Source of the DNA: Eledone cirrhosa
Taxonomy: Eukaryota
Assembly: GCA_964016885.1 (NCBI GenBank)
Contig: OZ024743.1
Span: forward strand, 113,088,001-113,152,000
Length of the DNA: 64,000 bases
Direction: 5' to 3'
Numbering within the stretch: position 1 is the first letter of the stretch; the number at the start of each line of letters is the position of its first letter. The notes beneath the pieces are model-generated. The model was not told the origin of the DNA, did not search any database, and saw nothing but the letters and a program-made list of their open reading frames with translations. This document shows, piece after piece, positions 1-14,601 of this stretch. Both the position numbers and the translations under genes were made by a program.

Positions 1-1000
1 CTCTAAGATTTATCGGCATGTCCGCGCTCCTCTTGGAAAATTCAGCCCGCCAGACGCACGTTTCCGTCATATATACATGGATATAGTTGGTCCATGGCCC
101 GTTAGTCGTGGATTCACAAACATATTGACTTGTATCGATCGTTTCTCTCGGTGGCCTGAAGCCATACCCTTAGTGGACATAACAGCAGAGTCCGTTGCCC
201 GAGCTTTCATTTCCAATTGGATTGCTCGCTTTGGTATTCCTACTAAAATAACTACGGATCGTGGACGCCAATTTGAAGCTTCCTTATTTCGTGAAATATC
301 ACGATTCTTGGGTGCTCATCACATTCATATGACCAGCTACCACCCAGCCTCCAATGGAATGGTCGAGAGGTTTCATAGACAGTTGAAAGCTGCACTTCGC
401 GCTACTCCTGATCCGCAACGTTGGACCGAATTTTTGCCAATCGTGCTTCTTGGTTGTCGTTCTGCCATTAAGACAGATTTAGGTTTTTCTTCTGCTGAAC
501 TTCTATATGGTACCACATTGACTCTTCCTGGGCAAACGGTAGCACCAGTGGATTCATCACATCTTGACCCAGCATCATATGTCACCAGGATTCGTTCGTA
601 TTTCTCGGATCTTCCACCAATGAACCCTCGTGACTAATCTATTTCTTCTGCTGTCCAATCGGACATCTCTACGTGGACACACATTTTCATGCGGAATGAT
701 TCCGTCAAGGGACCTTTTACGTCACCCTACAATGGACCTTTTCGTGTGCTTTCGCACACACCAAAATACTTTACAGTCGCTGTCAATGGTCGAAAAGAGA
801 TAATATCCGTTGACAGAGCAAAGAAGGCTTTCTCTGAAAGTCTCACATCATTGCCTGACATACCTCGCACATACACTCCCACACAAACACCTTCACCTCC
901 ACTGCAAACACCACATACCACACAACCATATGTCACACGAAGTGGCAGGACAGTAATATGGCCACGGAAACTCTCAAAAACAATATTCGTTAACTCCTAG
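1..1000 (+). pseudogene. pol: Ty3/Gypsy pol C-terminus (integrase core + GPY/F domain), truncated by the window edge, with an in-frame nonsense codon at 635-637
   Basis: Frame +2 reads ...HIYMDIVGP...[11 protein letters not shown]...ITTDRGRQF...[17 protein letters not shown] (DDE integrase). ORF 689-1000 is in the same frame and carries PFTSPYNGPFRV (GPY/F). Confidence 0.95.
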
Positions 1001-1244
1001 TAGCATTAACTATTTGACTTTGAAAAATGTTGAACTTATTTTTGAGCACTATTTTCCTTGCTCCCTTGTACTGTTTTGAATTGTATTGTTCCAGTTACAT
1101 TTTTCTGCATGTTTATTTTCATACTTTGCTTCTGTTACAAACCATTGTAATTTATGTACCTTTTGTTTTGCTTACTCCTTATTCTACGGCTCCTCGTTAC
1201 AATGAACTTACGATTATTATCAACTATCGTCTGGAGGGGAGCCT

Positions 1245-1499
1245 TGTAGCGAGTAGCGCCACCTTGCCCGGGGAGAAAAAGCTAATTGGAGTTACTTCCC
1301 GTTGAATTCTAGAAGATTCCTTGAACTTCCGATCTAGGGATTATAAAGGAGGGAGAAAAGAGACATCTTAGCTTATTTGGCGACCGGCTCTCAGACAGTT
1401 CACTCACGAGCGAGTTTGTTAACCTTATTATATCTGTATCTAATTTAATTAGTGGTTGGCCTGCAGTGGCGTTTACTAAAGTAAATAACCCTGTGACCA
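1245..1499 (+). mobile_element. Probable 3' LTR of the Gypsy element, preceded by a polypurine tract
   Basis: PPT ggagggggag at about 1233-1241 just before tgtagcgag (TG start), a TATA-like ttataaa at 1341 and a candidate end ...tgtgacca. The 5' LTR is outside the window, so the end is inferred. Confidence 0.6.
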
Positions 1500-1819
1500 A
1501 TTCACTAAAAAATAAATGTGTTAGATGATTCCGAAGAGAAAGCAAAAGAAAAAACGGGTGCTCTATGTATAGAATAGAGCATTAAAAATATATAAATATA
1601 TATAAATATATAAATATATAAATATAAGAGAGTATTGAAGTTTGCTTGAAGCATTGTGGAATAATAAAATTTATTTTCTTTTGGTCGTTTTGGAAGCCTC
1701 AACAATGCAGATGGGTAAGTCTCCGGGTAACAGGATCTGGTGGTGAAGAGCGAGATGTAAGGGAATGTAGAATGAGATGTATAGTGTGTAGAGGAACGTA
1801 GGGAAGAGCGTAAAAAATA

Positions 1820-4255
<2,436 letters not shown>

Positions 4256-5060
4256 TAAGTTGTTTTGTTGTTGAAAGAATGTGATAAAGGCAAAAGAAAA
4301 ACGAGTGTTCTATGTATAAAACAGAGCTGTAAAAAATCTTTTGTTGTTGAAAGTATGTGATAAAGGCCCAATGTGGTAAAATAAAAGAGAATCTTCAGGA
4401 AAAGATGAAGTCAAAAAGTGAATAATATGTAAAATAAGTGTAAAATAAAGTAAAATAAAATAAGTGTTGGATATGTAAAATAAGAGAGATTTTTCAAGGT
4501 AAAAGTAAGGGAAAAGAAGAAATGAATAAAATAGGTGTAATATAAAATAAGGGCTTAATATAAGTGTTGAATATGTGATAAAGGTCCATAGTGTTTAAAG
4601 TAAGAAAGAGTGTTCAAGGTGTAATATATGATAAGTGCTGAATGTGTGAAAAAGAGAGAGTGTTCAAGGTGGGTAAGTGTCCAAAATGGTGTTTTGATAT
4701 TGAGAAAGGAGGTGAGTTCTTATATGTGGACACATTTTAAATATCTCAGAATTAGAGTTAAGACAGTTTTTAGATTTTGTAGAATTCTATATTTTTCTGT
4801 TACGCACAAGGTACACCTTCTTGTGCCTTTAACATATTTTTTTGATTGGTCTAAGATAGACCAATTAATTTCATATGGGACCCCATGCTCTTTCATCTCC
4901 CATACTCTATTCGCCAGCGCCGTAGTTTTCTTTTTATCCTGGTGTCGAAAGGAAGCGACGTATGCATAGTATCTTTTTTTAAAGGTATCCTGGGTCATGC
5001 CCACATAACGTTCTCCGGTGTAAGGTTGGCTATGCTTCTCTACAACTGACAACACAGTAT
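4256..5060 (-). mobile_element. 3' fragment of a second PLE family (GIY-YIG C-terminal half + UTR)
   Basis: ORF 4720-5055 YVGMTQDTFKKRY...SFRH...TALANRVWEMK..INWSIL...CTLCVTEK. The UTR motif gcaaaagaaaaa(a)cg.gtg.tctatgtata at about 4290 recurs at about 1542. Confidence 0.8.
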
Positions 5061-5793
5061 AAGAGAGGGTAGGGAGAAAAATATGGAATTACAATTCCTT
5101 AGACAAATATAACATAAAGTGATGGTTATGTGACAGTCATGTTTATTATAATGATGGCGTTATGCAAATTCTCTGTTCACCAAATTCCACTTACATGGTC
5201 ATCCCCCGGGGTAAAGTAAAAGACAGGTGCTCATATTGCCGCATTGTGGGATCAAACTTGGAATTCAATGTTTGTGCAGAAAACCTCTGAAACACTCACG
5301 CACACTCGCATACGGGAACGTGTGTGTGCATTTATGTAGGCTGTGAAAGGCCAGATAAATTGTTACGTTGAATAAAAAATACCTTGGGACATTTCTGTAC
5401 ATATCAATTAGTTCTTCTTACACTCAGTTGACTTCTGTTTCTCTGTTTATTCTGCTGCTGTGATCGATAAAATAAGCACTGGATAATATAGTCAATATAA
5501 TCAAGGCATATCTTTGAAGGCAATGACTTAGCATGAAACTAATAACAGAATAAATACATAAGTTGCATATAGCCATTTTACAATGGCTGTTTATATAACA
5601 AATCTAGCTGAACTGCTACAGATTATTTCAAGCAGGTTAATTTATGAACAGCCATTATTATTTCTGTTCATATATATTGGCTAAACATTTGATCTTTGTA
5701 GAACATTGCTTTATTCTTTGTTCCGACCATTTCAATAGATGTTTACTTTTTAAACTACCTAATCATTATTCTGTTAGAGAACGGTTCGCAGGA

Positions 5794-5938
5794 AGTGCCG
5801 GATTTACCATTATGCTTGGGTGTGCTTAAGCCAGATTTTTTACGATTAATTTTTCAAATGTTTTTTCAAATGTCAAACCTTCAATGGGGCCTCATAACGT
5901 AACTAGCACCGGGTCTCATTTGTCCTAAATCCGGCACT
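5794..5938. mobile_element. Small MITE (hAT-like termini)
   Basis: Terminal inverted repeats agtgccggattta / taaatccggcact, 145 bp apart end to end. Confidence 0.55.
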
Positions 5939-5939
5939 G

Positions 5940-6805
5940 GTCGCTGGTGGCGAATAGTGATACGGCCACAAGATATGATGGTTAGTTCCGATATAAGCGG
6001 GCTCCTGCCGGACAATTAAGCAACCCCGGAGCAACGGCGGTAAACTACTAGGGAAGATGGCGCAATGTGTCATACCTGTAGCTCCCAACATGTAACTATG
6101 TCGAGGCGAGTAAAGGCCGCCTCTAAAAAAGCTTTGTTTTGGCGGGTTTGAGAAAGTACCAGATTGGTGACTGGCGTGGCGCGAATAAAACCACCAAAGC
6201 TGCAATATGTTGAGAGGTAAGAAAAAGAACCATACTGCATCGTCCTTCATGCAGGTTAACAAGTACGTGTTCAGGCCTTAGGTAGAGGGATCGGTTTGAA
6301 AAATATATTGCAGTCTCCATTTCAAACCGTAAAGACAGGCAATGATCCTGCCACCTATCTTGGGAGGTGTGAAATGGATGCACAAAGATTGCGTATCCTG
6401 AGATCCAAAAGAGGATTCGAAATGGAGCAAACCTTGACAATTGGAACCTGAAACATCTCAACTATTACTGGTAAGGAGCAGGAACTAGTGGAGGAGGCTA
6501 GATGCTACCGGCTAGATATAGTTGGGGTTTCCTCAACAAAGTTCTGTACCTCTGGTACTGTAGATTTGGGTGGAGCATGGAAACTTCACTATTCAGCTCT
6601 GGCGGCAGAAATGACTGCACACGTAGGAGTACGGATACTCACAATCGCCCTAACTGTCAAAATGCGTTATGGACTGGATCCCGTTGGGCGGGAGGATTTG
6701 CCTCTTGAAGCTTAGGCTGAAAGATAGGTCTTTGTGGGTGGTGCAAGTTTATGCACCAAACATGGAGTTTGAATACAGATCCTTCCTTGATGAAGCCACT
6801 GCAGC
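5940..6805 (+). mobile_element. 5' part of an RTE/Expander-type LINE (UTR + decayed AP endonuclease N-terminus)
   Basis: LTIGT*NISTITGKEQELVEEARCYRLDIVGVSSTK...DLGGAWKLHYS, then VVQVYAPN (about 6735-6760), typical of APE domains. Confidence 0.8.
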
Positions 6806-6823
6806 GTATGGCTAAATAGTGAA

Positions 6824-6872
6824 TCGTGTTACTCTAGAGTTTCGCCTGGTATTACTGGGTCATCAGACAAGA
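6824..6872 (-). ncRNA. Minimal type I hammerhead ribozyme
   Basis: Minus strand: tcttgt CTGATGA cccagtaataccaggc GAAAC tctaga GTA^ acacga. Stem III is palindromic. Confidence 0.75.
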
Positions 6873-7634
6873 ACTGTGGTTTCGGTATATTGAGGTTGAT
6901 ACCGTTCATTCCAGTGCACATTGGGACATAACAAAACATGTAGAGACATGTTTTGCCTTTGTGAAAATTACACAAATACAGAAGAAAAAGCATCCAAGTG
7001 CATCAGCTCACAAAGAAGTGATAGAAGGGTGCGCGAAGACTTAGCCATGGGAGAGAAATAGTAAATAAAAAGAAGAGAAATAGTAAAACAGGAGAGAATA
7101 ATAAGGACTGTAATCGAACGTGCAGACAAAGAAGAGTGACACTGAGGTGTAGATAAGGTAAAAATAGAGAATAGAACTAAGTCCGGGCAGTGTGATGTCT
7201 ATTATATGATAGTTTCAAAAAAAGCCTACATAACTAAAACTTTAGAATATAAATTCAAAATAGGAGGCACACAGGACAAAGACAATGGAAAAAATACAAC
7301 AGAAAGACAGACAGTCCCACCTTCTCAGTCAACCTCTGGAAATCACTACGGTTTCAGTACATTAAAGTTGATATCATTCATTCCAGTGCACATTGGGGCA
7401 TAACAAAACAGAGACAAGTTATGCCTTATCAAACTATACACATACACGATTTCATTTCTTTATAATATCATTTATTTACTATTTACAGCTGACAAGGAAA
7501 TTTATCCAAAAACAAAACCTCCTTTTCGATTTACTTACGTAAAAAGGACATTTTTCTTCTTGGCAATAATTCGTCAGCGACTTTTGTACGAGTAGCTTTC
7601 TTTCTCGTTATCTATTAAAAACACACTTATAAAG

Positions 7635-7730
<96 letters not shown>

Positions 7731-8040
7731 ATGGGGTGGGGGGCTCTGTGTGTGTGTGTGTGTGTGTGTGTGCTTGTTTGTGTGCAATTTGTTCCACCTT
7801 CTACTGTGGAGTAAAAAAAAAATTAAAAGTTAAGAAACAAACAATTTTTGCCAACTCCCTGTTAGTGCTGGTTACGAAGATGGCTGGAAGAAGTTTCACC
7901 TGGAGCTAAATAAAACAGTAACAGAAGCAAAGACAATAACAACACCAGCAGTAGTAATGAGAACGACAAGAGCTGCACATACATTTATTTGTATTTCTCA
8001 CTTACTCTCTGTTTCTCACTCTCTGTGTTTCTCCCACTCA

Positions 8041-8109
<69 letters not shown>

Positions 8110-8215
8110 TCTCGTTCTCTCACTCTCTTTCTCTCACTCTTTCTCACGCTCTCTGTCTCTCACTCTCTCCCACTTGCTCTCTCTCTATCTATCTATCTCT
8201 CTATCTATCTCTCTA
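7635..8215. repeat. (GT)n and (CT)n microsatellites
   Basis: Pure (gt)n at 7637-7725 and (ct)n at about 8043-8105. Confidence 0.95.
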
Positions 8216-9015
8216 AATGATTTAAAAGCAATAATTGCCACGGTCAAACTTAAAGTTAGACAATGGTCTTGCAAATCTCAGTAACACTCACGCACGTGTG
8301 TGTAAAAAGTAAACAGAGATAACAAACCAAACAATACAGTACATAGAAAAAAGATAATAGTTTAACGCTTGAAATAGCTGGAAGAGAGTCTTAACGTTTT
8401 GGGCATAGAAATAGAAGATAAATAGAAAGAAAAGAGTGAGAAGAGGAAGGAAGGGGTTAAAAAGGGGGAGGAAAAAAAACACACGTGCGTATTCAGTTAG
8501 CCATCTGTATATATATATAGGAAACTACGTATTACGAGATGAAGACTGTCCGATAACAATAACCAACTGATAACATTCAGCAAATAAAAACGTTTAGACC
8601 TACCAATTTTCATAATATTATCCATGAGGATATTATAACATAGATATAAGGACAACAATTTTTTTTTTTTTTTAGTTGGGGGAGCAATTATATTTTATCG
8701 ACCCCAGTAATTAACTGGTACTTCCTTTTGTCGACTTGGCGGGATTTGAACTTAGAACGTAGAAAGTCGTTACGAAACACCGCAAAGGTTCTGTCAGTCC
8801 ATCGCACTTATCATTAGCCATGGTAATATTTAGGGGTTTTCATTGTATGTAGAATTATATGCGTGCCCACGTGTGTGTGTATTTGTGTGTTAATTATTTA
8901 CCAACATAAAAATACTTATTTTAGGATGAGGATATTTGATAACAATAACCAGCTGATGACATTGGCCAAATAAAGAGTTTCTGACCCAATTTAACATTCT
9001 CTGTGATTATAATAA

Positions 9016-9230
9016 GCGGCTTGGCAGTATCGATAGAGAGTCGGATACCATGCTTTCCAGCATAGAGTTACATCCCTTTATGATCTGAGTTCAAATCCCG
9101 CCGAGGTTAACTTTGCCTTTCATTCTTACCGGGTCAATAAAATAAAGCACCAGTAACGTATTGGAGTCGATTTAATCGACTTTCCCCTCCCCCAAATTAC
9201 TGGCCTTGTGCCAAAAGTAGAAACAATTAT
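9016..9230 (+). mobile_element. tRNA-derived SINE (family A)
   Basis: A-box tggcagtatcg, B-box gagttcaaatcc, central domain gcctttcatccttacggggtcgataaaataaagtaccag (family consensus; Meta/Sauria-like core), tail agtagaaacaattat. Confidence 0.9.
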
Positions 9231-9312
9231 ATGTATGTATGTGAGGCCACAGAAACACGTGTTAAGGGAGCGAAGTAAAATGGAAGTTAAGGAACATAAA
9301 AAAAACCTACAG

Positions 9313-9343
<31 letters not shown>

Positions 9344-9737
9344 GTATTGTAAGGGGATGTTGTTACCAAGGTAACGACACAAAGCAGCCTTGCATTCACC
9401 GTACACACCCTATCACCTCTCAGCATCAGCTGACTTCTTTGACAGTTGGTTATCTGTGGAGAAAGGGGGAGAGAAAGTGGGTGTTGAAGTAGAAGATATG
9501 TGAGAGAGAGAGAGAGAGAACAGGATGGGACAGTCATTAGGAAAAAGCAACATAATGATTTATTGATGTGTATGGTGTAGTGCCACCATTTCTTGTGTAG
9601 CGAACAATGTTGGTAATGGTGGTGCTGGGGTTGATAGCCTGTGTTTGTTTGTGTATTACAGATATATATCTGGCTTATATTTCTGCTAGTTAGCGCACAA
9701 ATTAATATATATCTTAATTAAATACCAACATAAACAC

Positions 9738-10292
9738 TAATAATTATTTCTACTTTTGACACAAGGCCAGCAATTACCCCCAGTGCATTACTGGTGCTTT
9801 ATTTTATCAACCCCGTAAGGATAAAAGGCAAAGCTAACCTCGGTGGGATTTTAACTCAGAAAGTAAAGGGACATAACTCTATGCCGAAAAGCAAGGTGTC
9901 TGATCCTCTGCCCCAAGTACTAATAATTATTTCTACTTTTGGCACAAGGCCAGCAATTACCCCAGTGCATTACTGATGCTTTATTTTATCAACCCCGTAA
10001 GGATAAAAGGCAAAGCTAACCTCGGTGGGATTTTAACTCAGAAAGTAAAGGGACATAACTCTATGCCGAAAAGCAAGGTGTCTGATCCTCTGCCCCAAGT
10101 ACTAATAATTGTTTCTACTTTTGGTACAAGGCCAGCAATTACTCAGTACATTACTGGTACTTTATTTTATCGACCCCGTAAGGATGAAAAGCAAAGTTAA
10201 CCTCGGCGGGATTTGAACTCAGAATGGCAAGGGCCGTAACTCTATGCGTCAAAGCATGGCGTCCGACCCTCTACCTATACTGCCAATCCAAT
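9738..10292 (-). mobile_element. Three tandem SINE family A copies
   Basis: Three ~183-bp head-to-tail units. The first two are nearly identical, giving the duplicated ORFs at 9794 and 9976. Confidence 0.9.
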
Positions 10293-10391
10293 GCACTAAT
10301 AATATATAAATATTAGTATGCCCATTTCAGAATACTATTTTAAAGGGTATATAACCCCCTCGGTTATGTATTTTCTTGTGGTTGTCTAGAT

Positions 10392-10620
10392 CAGGCATGT
10401 CAAACTGAGGGCCACATGGATCACATATTATTGTCTGAGGGCCATATGGGTCACATATTATTGTCTGAGGGCTACACACAATAACTAACTGCACACATTA
10501 CAACTAATTTTTTTATTTTATATAGCAAAGATAAAACATACTATAAAAACATGCTATAAAAACATGCTATAAAAACCTTTGTGCGGGCCGCAGGTGTTCT
10601 TGTAAAGGGCCGCATGTTTT
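10392..10620. mobile_element. Truncated hAT (Charlie-like) MITE
   Basis: Starts caggcatgtcaaact, has subterminal ctgagggcca repeats and ends gggccgcatgttt. Confidence 0.55.
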
Positions 10621-10994
10621 CATTCTTGCTCTTGTTTTGGCCATTTATCGCTCGTATACAGGAAGCTGACTGGCCAGTCTGTTGATATGCAAATCTGGCT
10701 GATCAGTGGATCTGCTAATATGCAGATCTGACTGATCAGTGAGTCTGCTAATATGCAAATGAGACCGATCAGTCACTGTATATTTTAGAAAATAGCATAT
10801 ATTTTCACTAGCTCTGACAGTTTGGCAGGTGAACAGTGAGCTGTACTGATGAAGGGTAATACCCAGAAACATTAGTGTCGACAGTTCTGTTCACATGCCA
10901 ACACAAGAGCAAGAATGAAGGGTTCATTCTACTGACATGGTTAAATAATTGAGGCTTGTTTGCATAATTGCAAACGAATCGAATGTTATTATTA

Positions 10995-11186
10995 GTGGTG
11001 GATTGGCAGTATCGGTAGAGGGTCGGACACCATGCTTTGAAACATTGAGTTACGGCCCTTGCCATTCTGAGTTCAAATCCCGCCGAGGTTAACTTTGCCT
11101 TTCATCCTTACGGGGTCGATAAAATAAAGTACCAGTAATGTACTGAGTAATTGCTGGCCTTGTGCCAATAGTAGAAACAATTATTA
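10995..11186 (+). mobile_element. SINE family A
   Basis: Full head-core-tail match to the other copies. Confidence 0.9.
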
Positions 11187-11742
11187 GAAAACATGTGAAA
11201 AGTACTTTGTGCTAAATTTGTTTGTGAAGTGGTAATTTGTGTATGTATGTGCTTTGATATCTTCCTCCCTACCTCTCTCTTACACATAGTGTTGACAAGA
11301 CATTATTAACTGTCTCCTAGATGGTCAGTAGTTTTGCAACAGCTATATATAGGTATTTACTATATCTATTTATCTTCAAACAATAATATCTGTTTATCTA
11401 TGTCTGTCTGTCTATCTATAGCACGCTATGTATATTTACCAATGTTGGACAACTATAATAACAAAGCACAAATCTCAGTAGTAAGTTGAAGATAGAAAGG
11501 TAGAACAAAGTGATGGTAATTTAGTGCATATATATTTAGTAATGGTTAAAACAAATAGGAAAAAAAACTATTAGAATTGATTTGAATTAATGTAAAATGA
11601 AATCGAATGGTGGATGAACAAGAGGGGTGATGTCAAGGAAAATCAAGGATTGAAGCATCTTTACATAGAAATTTCTAATGAAGGAATTATTAAATTTAGT
11701 ATTTTTACTATAAACCCTGTCATTGTTATGGGTACTATGCTA

Positions 11743-11808
<66 letters not shown>

Positions 11809-11811
11809 TGA

Positions 11812-12135
11812 GCCAACTTATGCAGCTTCATATGCAAATGAGATTAATCACCTCATTTACACAGACGAGAAAACCATATATTCTCGCCTGTTTATTCTCG
11901 CCAGCAGACACAAGAATGAGAGGGATCGTCCTGATGAGAACCAGTTAAGTTCGAAATGCATCAACGATTGTCCCCTGCTTCTTCTGGGCACGACCAGAGG
12001 GCGATAGCCCCAGCGTTTTGCATAGCTACGGCTTTCTAAATGTTTATCTATAAACATTTTGTATTTCTTTAGAAATACAAAATTTCAATACATATCTGTA
12101 TACACCTATGTATGAAGCTAAATCCTAATTCTATT
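11812..12135 (+). mobile_element. PLE pLTR-like fragment, copy 1 (inverted homolog at 15640-15950)
   Basis: Shares gcttcatatgcaaatgagattaatcacc...gctttctaaatgtttat with the reverse complement of 15640-15950, contains a hammerhead and is flanked by (TA)n. Confidence 0.7.
11924..11969 (+). ncRNA. Minimal type I hammerhead ribozyme
   Basis: gatcgtc CTGATGA gaac cagttaa gttc GAAA tgca TC^ aacgatt. Stem III is the ATGCAT palindrome. Confidence 0.8.
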
Positions 12136-12149
12136 ATATATATATAATA

Positions 12150-12213
12150 ACCATCTAAACCCATGCTAGCATGGAAGATAGACGTTAAACGATGATGATG
12201 ATGATGATGATGA

Positions 12214-12216
<3 letters not shown>
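12150..12216 (+). mobile_element. 3' tail of an RTE LINE/SINE
   Basis: acccatgctagcatggaagatagacgttaaac(gat)n resembles the 3' end of the RTE at 58620-58685. Confidence 0.65.
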
Positions 12217-12277
<61 letters not shown>

Positions 12278-12394
12278 TTGCTTCGGCCCTTGATGAACCT
12301 GTTTCTACATCATCCACTCTCATCCCGGGAACAGTTTTGATAGCGCTAGTTTGTGATTTAAATTCAGGAATTTTATATTCTTTGAATGAAAAGA

Positions 12395-12478
12395 ACCTTC
12401 TGACGAGAATCTTTCTTTGCAACGAAGGCCGTATGGTCTCCGTTTTATTTTTGGGATTCGAAACCGATCGGTAAAGGT
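12395..12478 (+). ncRNA. Type I hammerhead ribozyme with an extended stem II
   Basis: acctt CTGACGA gaatc-[~43 nt]-gattc GAAAC cgatcg GTA^ aaggt. Stem III is the ACCGATCGGT palindrome and stem I pairs perfectly. Confidence 0.8.
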
Positions 12479-13242
12479 AACTATAGTAGGTAAAGTCAAT
12501 TTTTTAAAATTTATTTTGAAACTTTTTCATTATTTGCTAAACCTTGTTTATATTTGTTCTGGCTCGTTAATTTATTAACCCGCCATTGAACCACACTGGC
12601 ATTTGGTTGGACAATACATGCGTACCTTGGCGCCTTGTGCGTGAAGGAGCGTATATCCTATTATATATATATATATATAGGCAGTCAAATAGAGAAAACT
12701 CTTCAGTTTTGTCAAAAGGATATGACAACCTCTAATACTTGTGTTACGCTAAAAAATACTAAGTACCCTCCCTAAAGTTGGTGGGATTACGACGCATATC
12801 CAGTCATACAAACCATGCCATAACTCATTCAAGCCAACCCAGCATTTAAAATGATTATCTCTAAGGGTATTTACCCAATTTTATAAAGTATTATCTGTAG
12901 TGATTGGTTGTTATTACAGTTATTTCCTGGGTTTGGCATCACACATTTGGTAATTTCAAACTTGAAACACAACTAGTGCTTCGATAATTCAAAGGTTTAT
13001 TTATTTACATCCAGCTACATTCTAGCCTCCAAGTTGTGTAGTATAACATCTTATAGAAGATGTAAAAAAGTGTCAGTCACCTCTTAATATAATGGTAACT
13101 AAGTGACATGGTATTTGTGTTCTTACACACCCCTGTCAATGTTTTTCTGTCTCTAAGCAAAATTTACCCAATTTTTCTCTATTATTTATTATTGTGTCAC
13201 GCTAAAAAATACTAAGTACCCTCCCTAAAGTTGGTGGGATTA

Positions 13243-13432
13243 CGGTGAATTGGCAGTATCGGTAGAGGGTCGGACGCCATGCTTTGACGCATAGAGTTAC
13301 GGCCCTTGCCATTCTGAGTTCAAATCCCGCCGAGGTTAACTTTGCCTTTCATCCTTACGGGGTCGATAAAATAAAGTACCAGTAATACACTGGGAAATTG
13401 CTGGCCTTGTGCCAAAAGTAGAAACAACTATT
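13243..13432 (+). mobile_element. SINE family A
   Basis: Full head-core-tail match. Confidence 0.9.
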
Positions 13433-13675
13433 TATTATAGTGATTAACCATTATAAGAGTTATTTTCTGCATTTGGGACTCTCAATATTTCAAATTTATA
13501 ACATATATATATAAAAAATTAGATTAAATTAAGGATGTCATGTATTAGAATCATGCACCATATCACCTGTGGAAATAAGCTCTAACATTCCAGGTAGTGA
13601 ATCCAAGCATTTATATTAGGTAAATTAAAAGTAAGATGACGTTTGTATGTAAAATAAACACATCAACACTTTTAA

Positions 13676-13738
<63 letters not shown>

Positions 13739-13780
13739 CGAGTAAGTATGTTTTGAAACAGTGAGCATGTTTGAAATTAG

Positions 13781-13985
13781 AAAATAGAATAGCTTTCACC
13801 GTATTTTTGACTAAAGGAATTTTAGCCTGATAATGGGGTTTAGAACCCTCAGATAAATGGAAAAAGATGAGTATTGACGTACATTTACGTCAATACTCAT
13901 CTTTTTCCATTTATCTGAGGGTTCTAAACCCCATTATCAGGCTAAGATTCGTTTAGTCAAAAATACGGTGAAAGCTATTCTATTT

Positions 13986-13986
<1 letters not shown>
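13781..13986. repeat. Long palindrome (101-bp arms, 4-nt loop)
   Basis: aaaatagaatagctttcacc...gacgta-catt-tacgtc...ggtgaaagctattctatttt with about 2 mismatches. Confidence 0.92.
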
Positions 13987-14056
<70 letters not shown>

Positions 14057-14213
14057 TTAAAAGTGTTGATGTGTTTAATTTTAAGATGGAGAGTCTGTGG
14101 TTTTTCTCACAGATGTGAGAAAAACCACAGACCCTAAAACCTTGTGTTGGCAAAGTATAATTCTAAATGGATTATAAAATTGTAATATGAAAAAAGAAAA
14201 CGAAAAACACTTA

Positions 14214-14601
14214 AATAATTGTTTCTACTTTTGACACAAGACCAGCAATTACCCAGTGCATTACTGGTACTTTATTTTATCGACCCCGTGAGGATGAAAG
14301 GCAAAGTTAACCTCGGCGGGATTTGAACTCAAAATGGCAAGGATCGTAACTCTATGCGTCAAAGCATGGCGTCCGACCCTCTACCGATACTGCCAATCCA
14401 CTCACCAAAACACTTAAATAATTGTTTCTACGTTTTGCACAAGGCCAGCAATAACCCAATGCATTACTGGTACTTTATTTTATCGACCCCGTAAGGATGA
14501 AAGGCAAAGTTAACCTCGGCGGGATTTGAACTCAGAATGGCAAGGGCCGTAACTCTATACGTCAAAGCATGGCGTCCGACCCTCTACCGATACTGCCAAT
14601 C
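14214..14601 (-). mobile_element. Two tandem SINE family A copies
   Basis: Two units, each preceded on the + strand by aaaacacttaaataatt. Confidence 0.9.

Noticed and set aside
9016-9105. tRNA gene-like A/B boxes (also at 33772 and other copies)
   Set aside because: These are SINE heads with no complete cloverleaf, always followed by the SINE body.
12746-13244. 46-bp identical direct repeat; similar local duplications at 8540/8920 and 32100/34037
   Set aside because: Probably SINE fragments or small local duplications, with no LTR or TIR hallmarks.
13826-13980. Hammerhead inside the long palindrome (ctgataa / gaaagcta)
   Set aside because: No complementary stem I and the core is incomplete.
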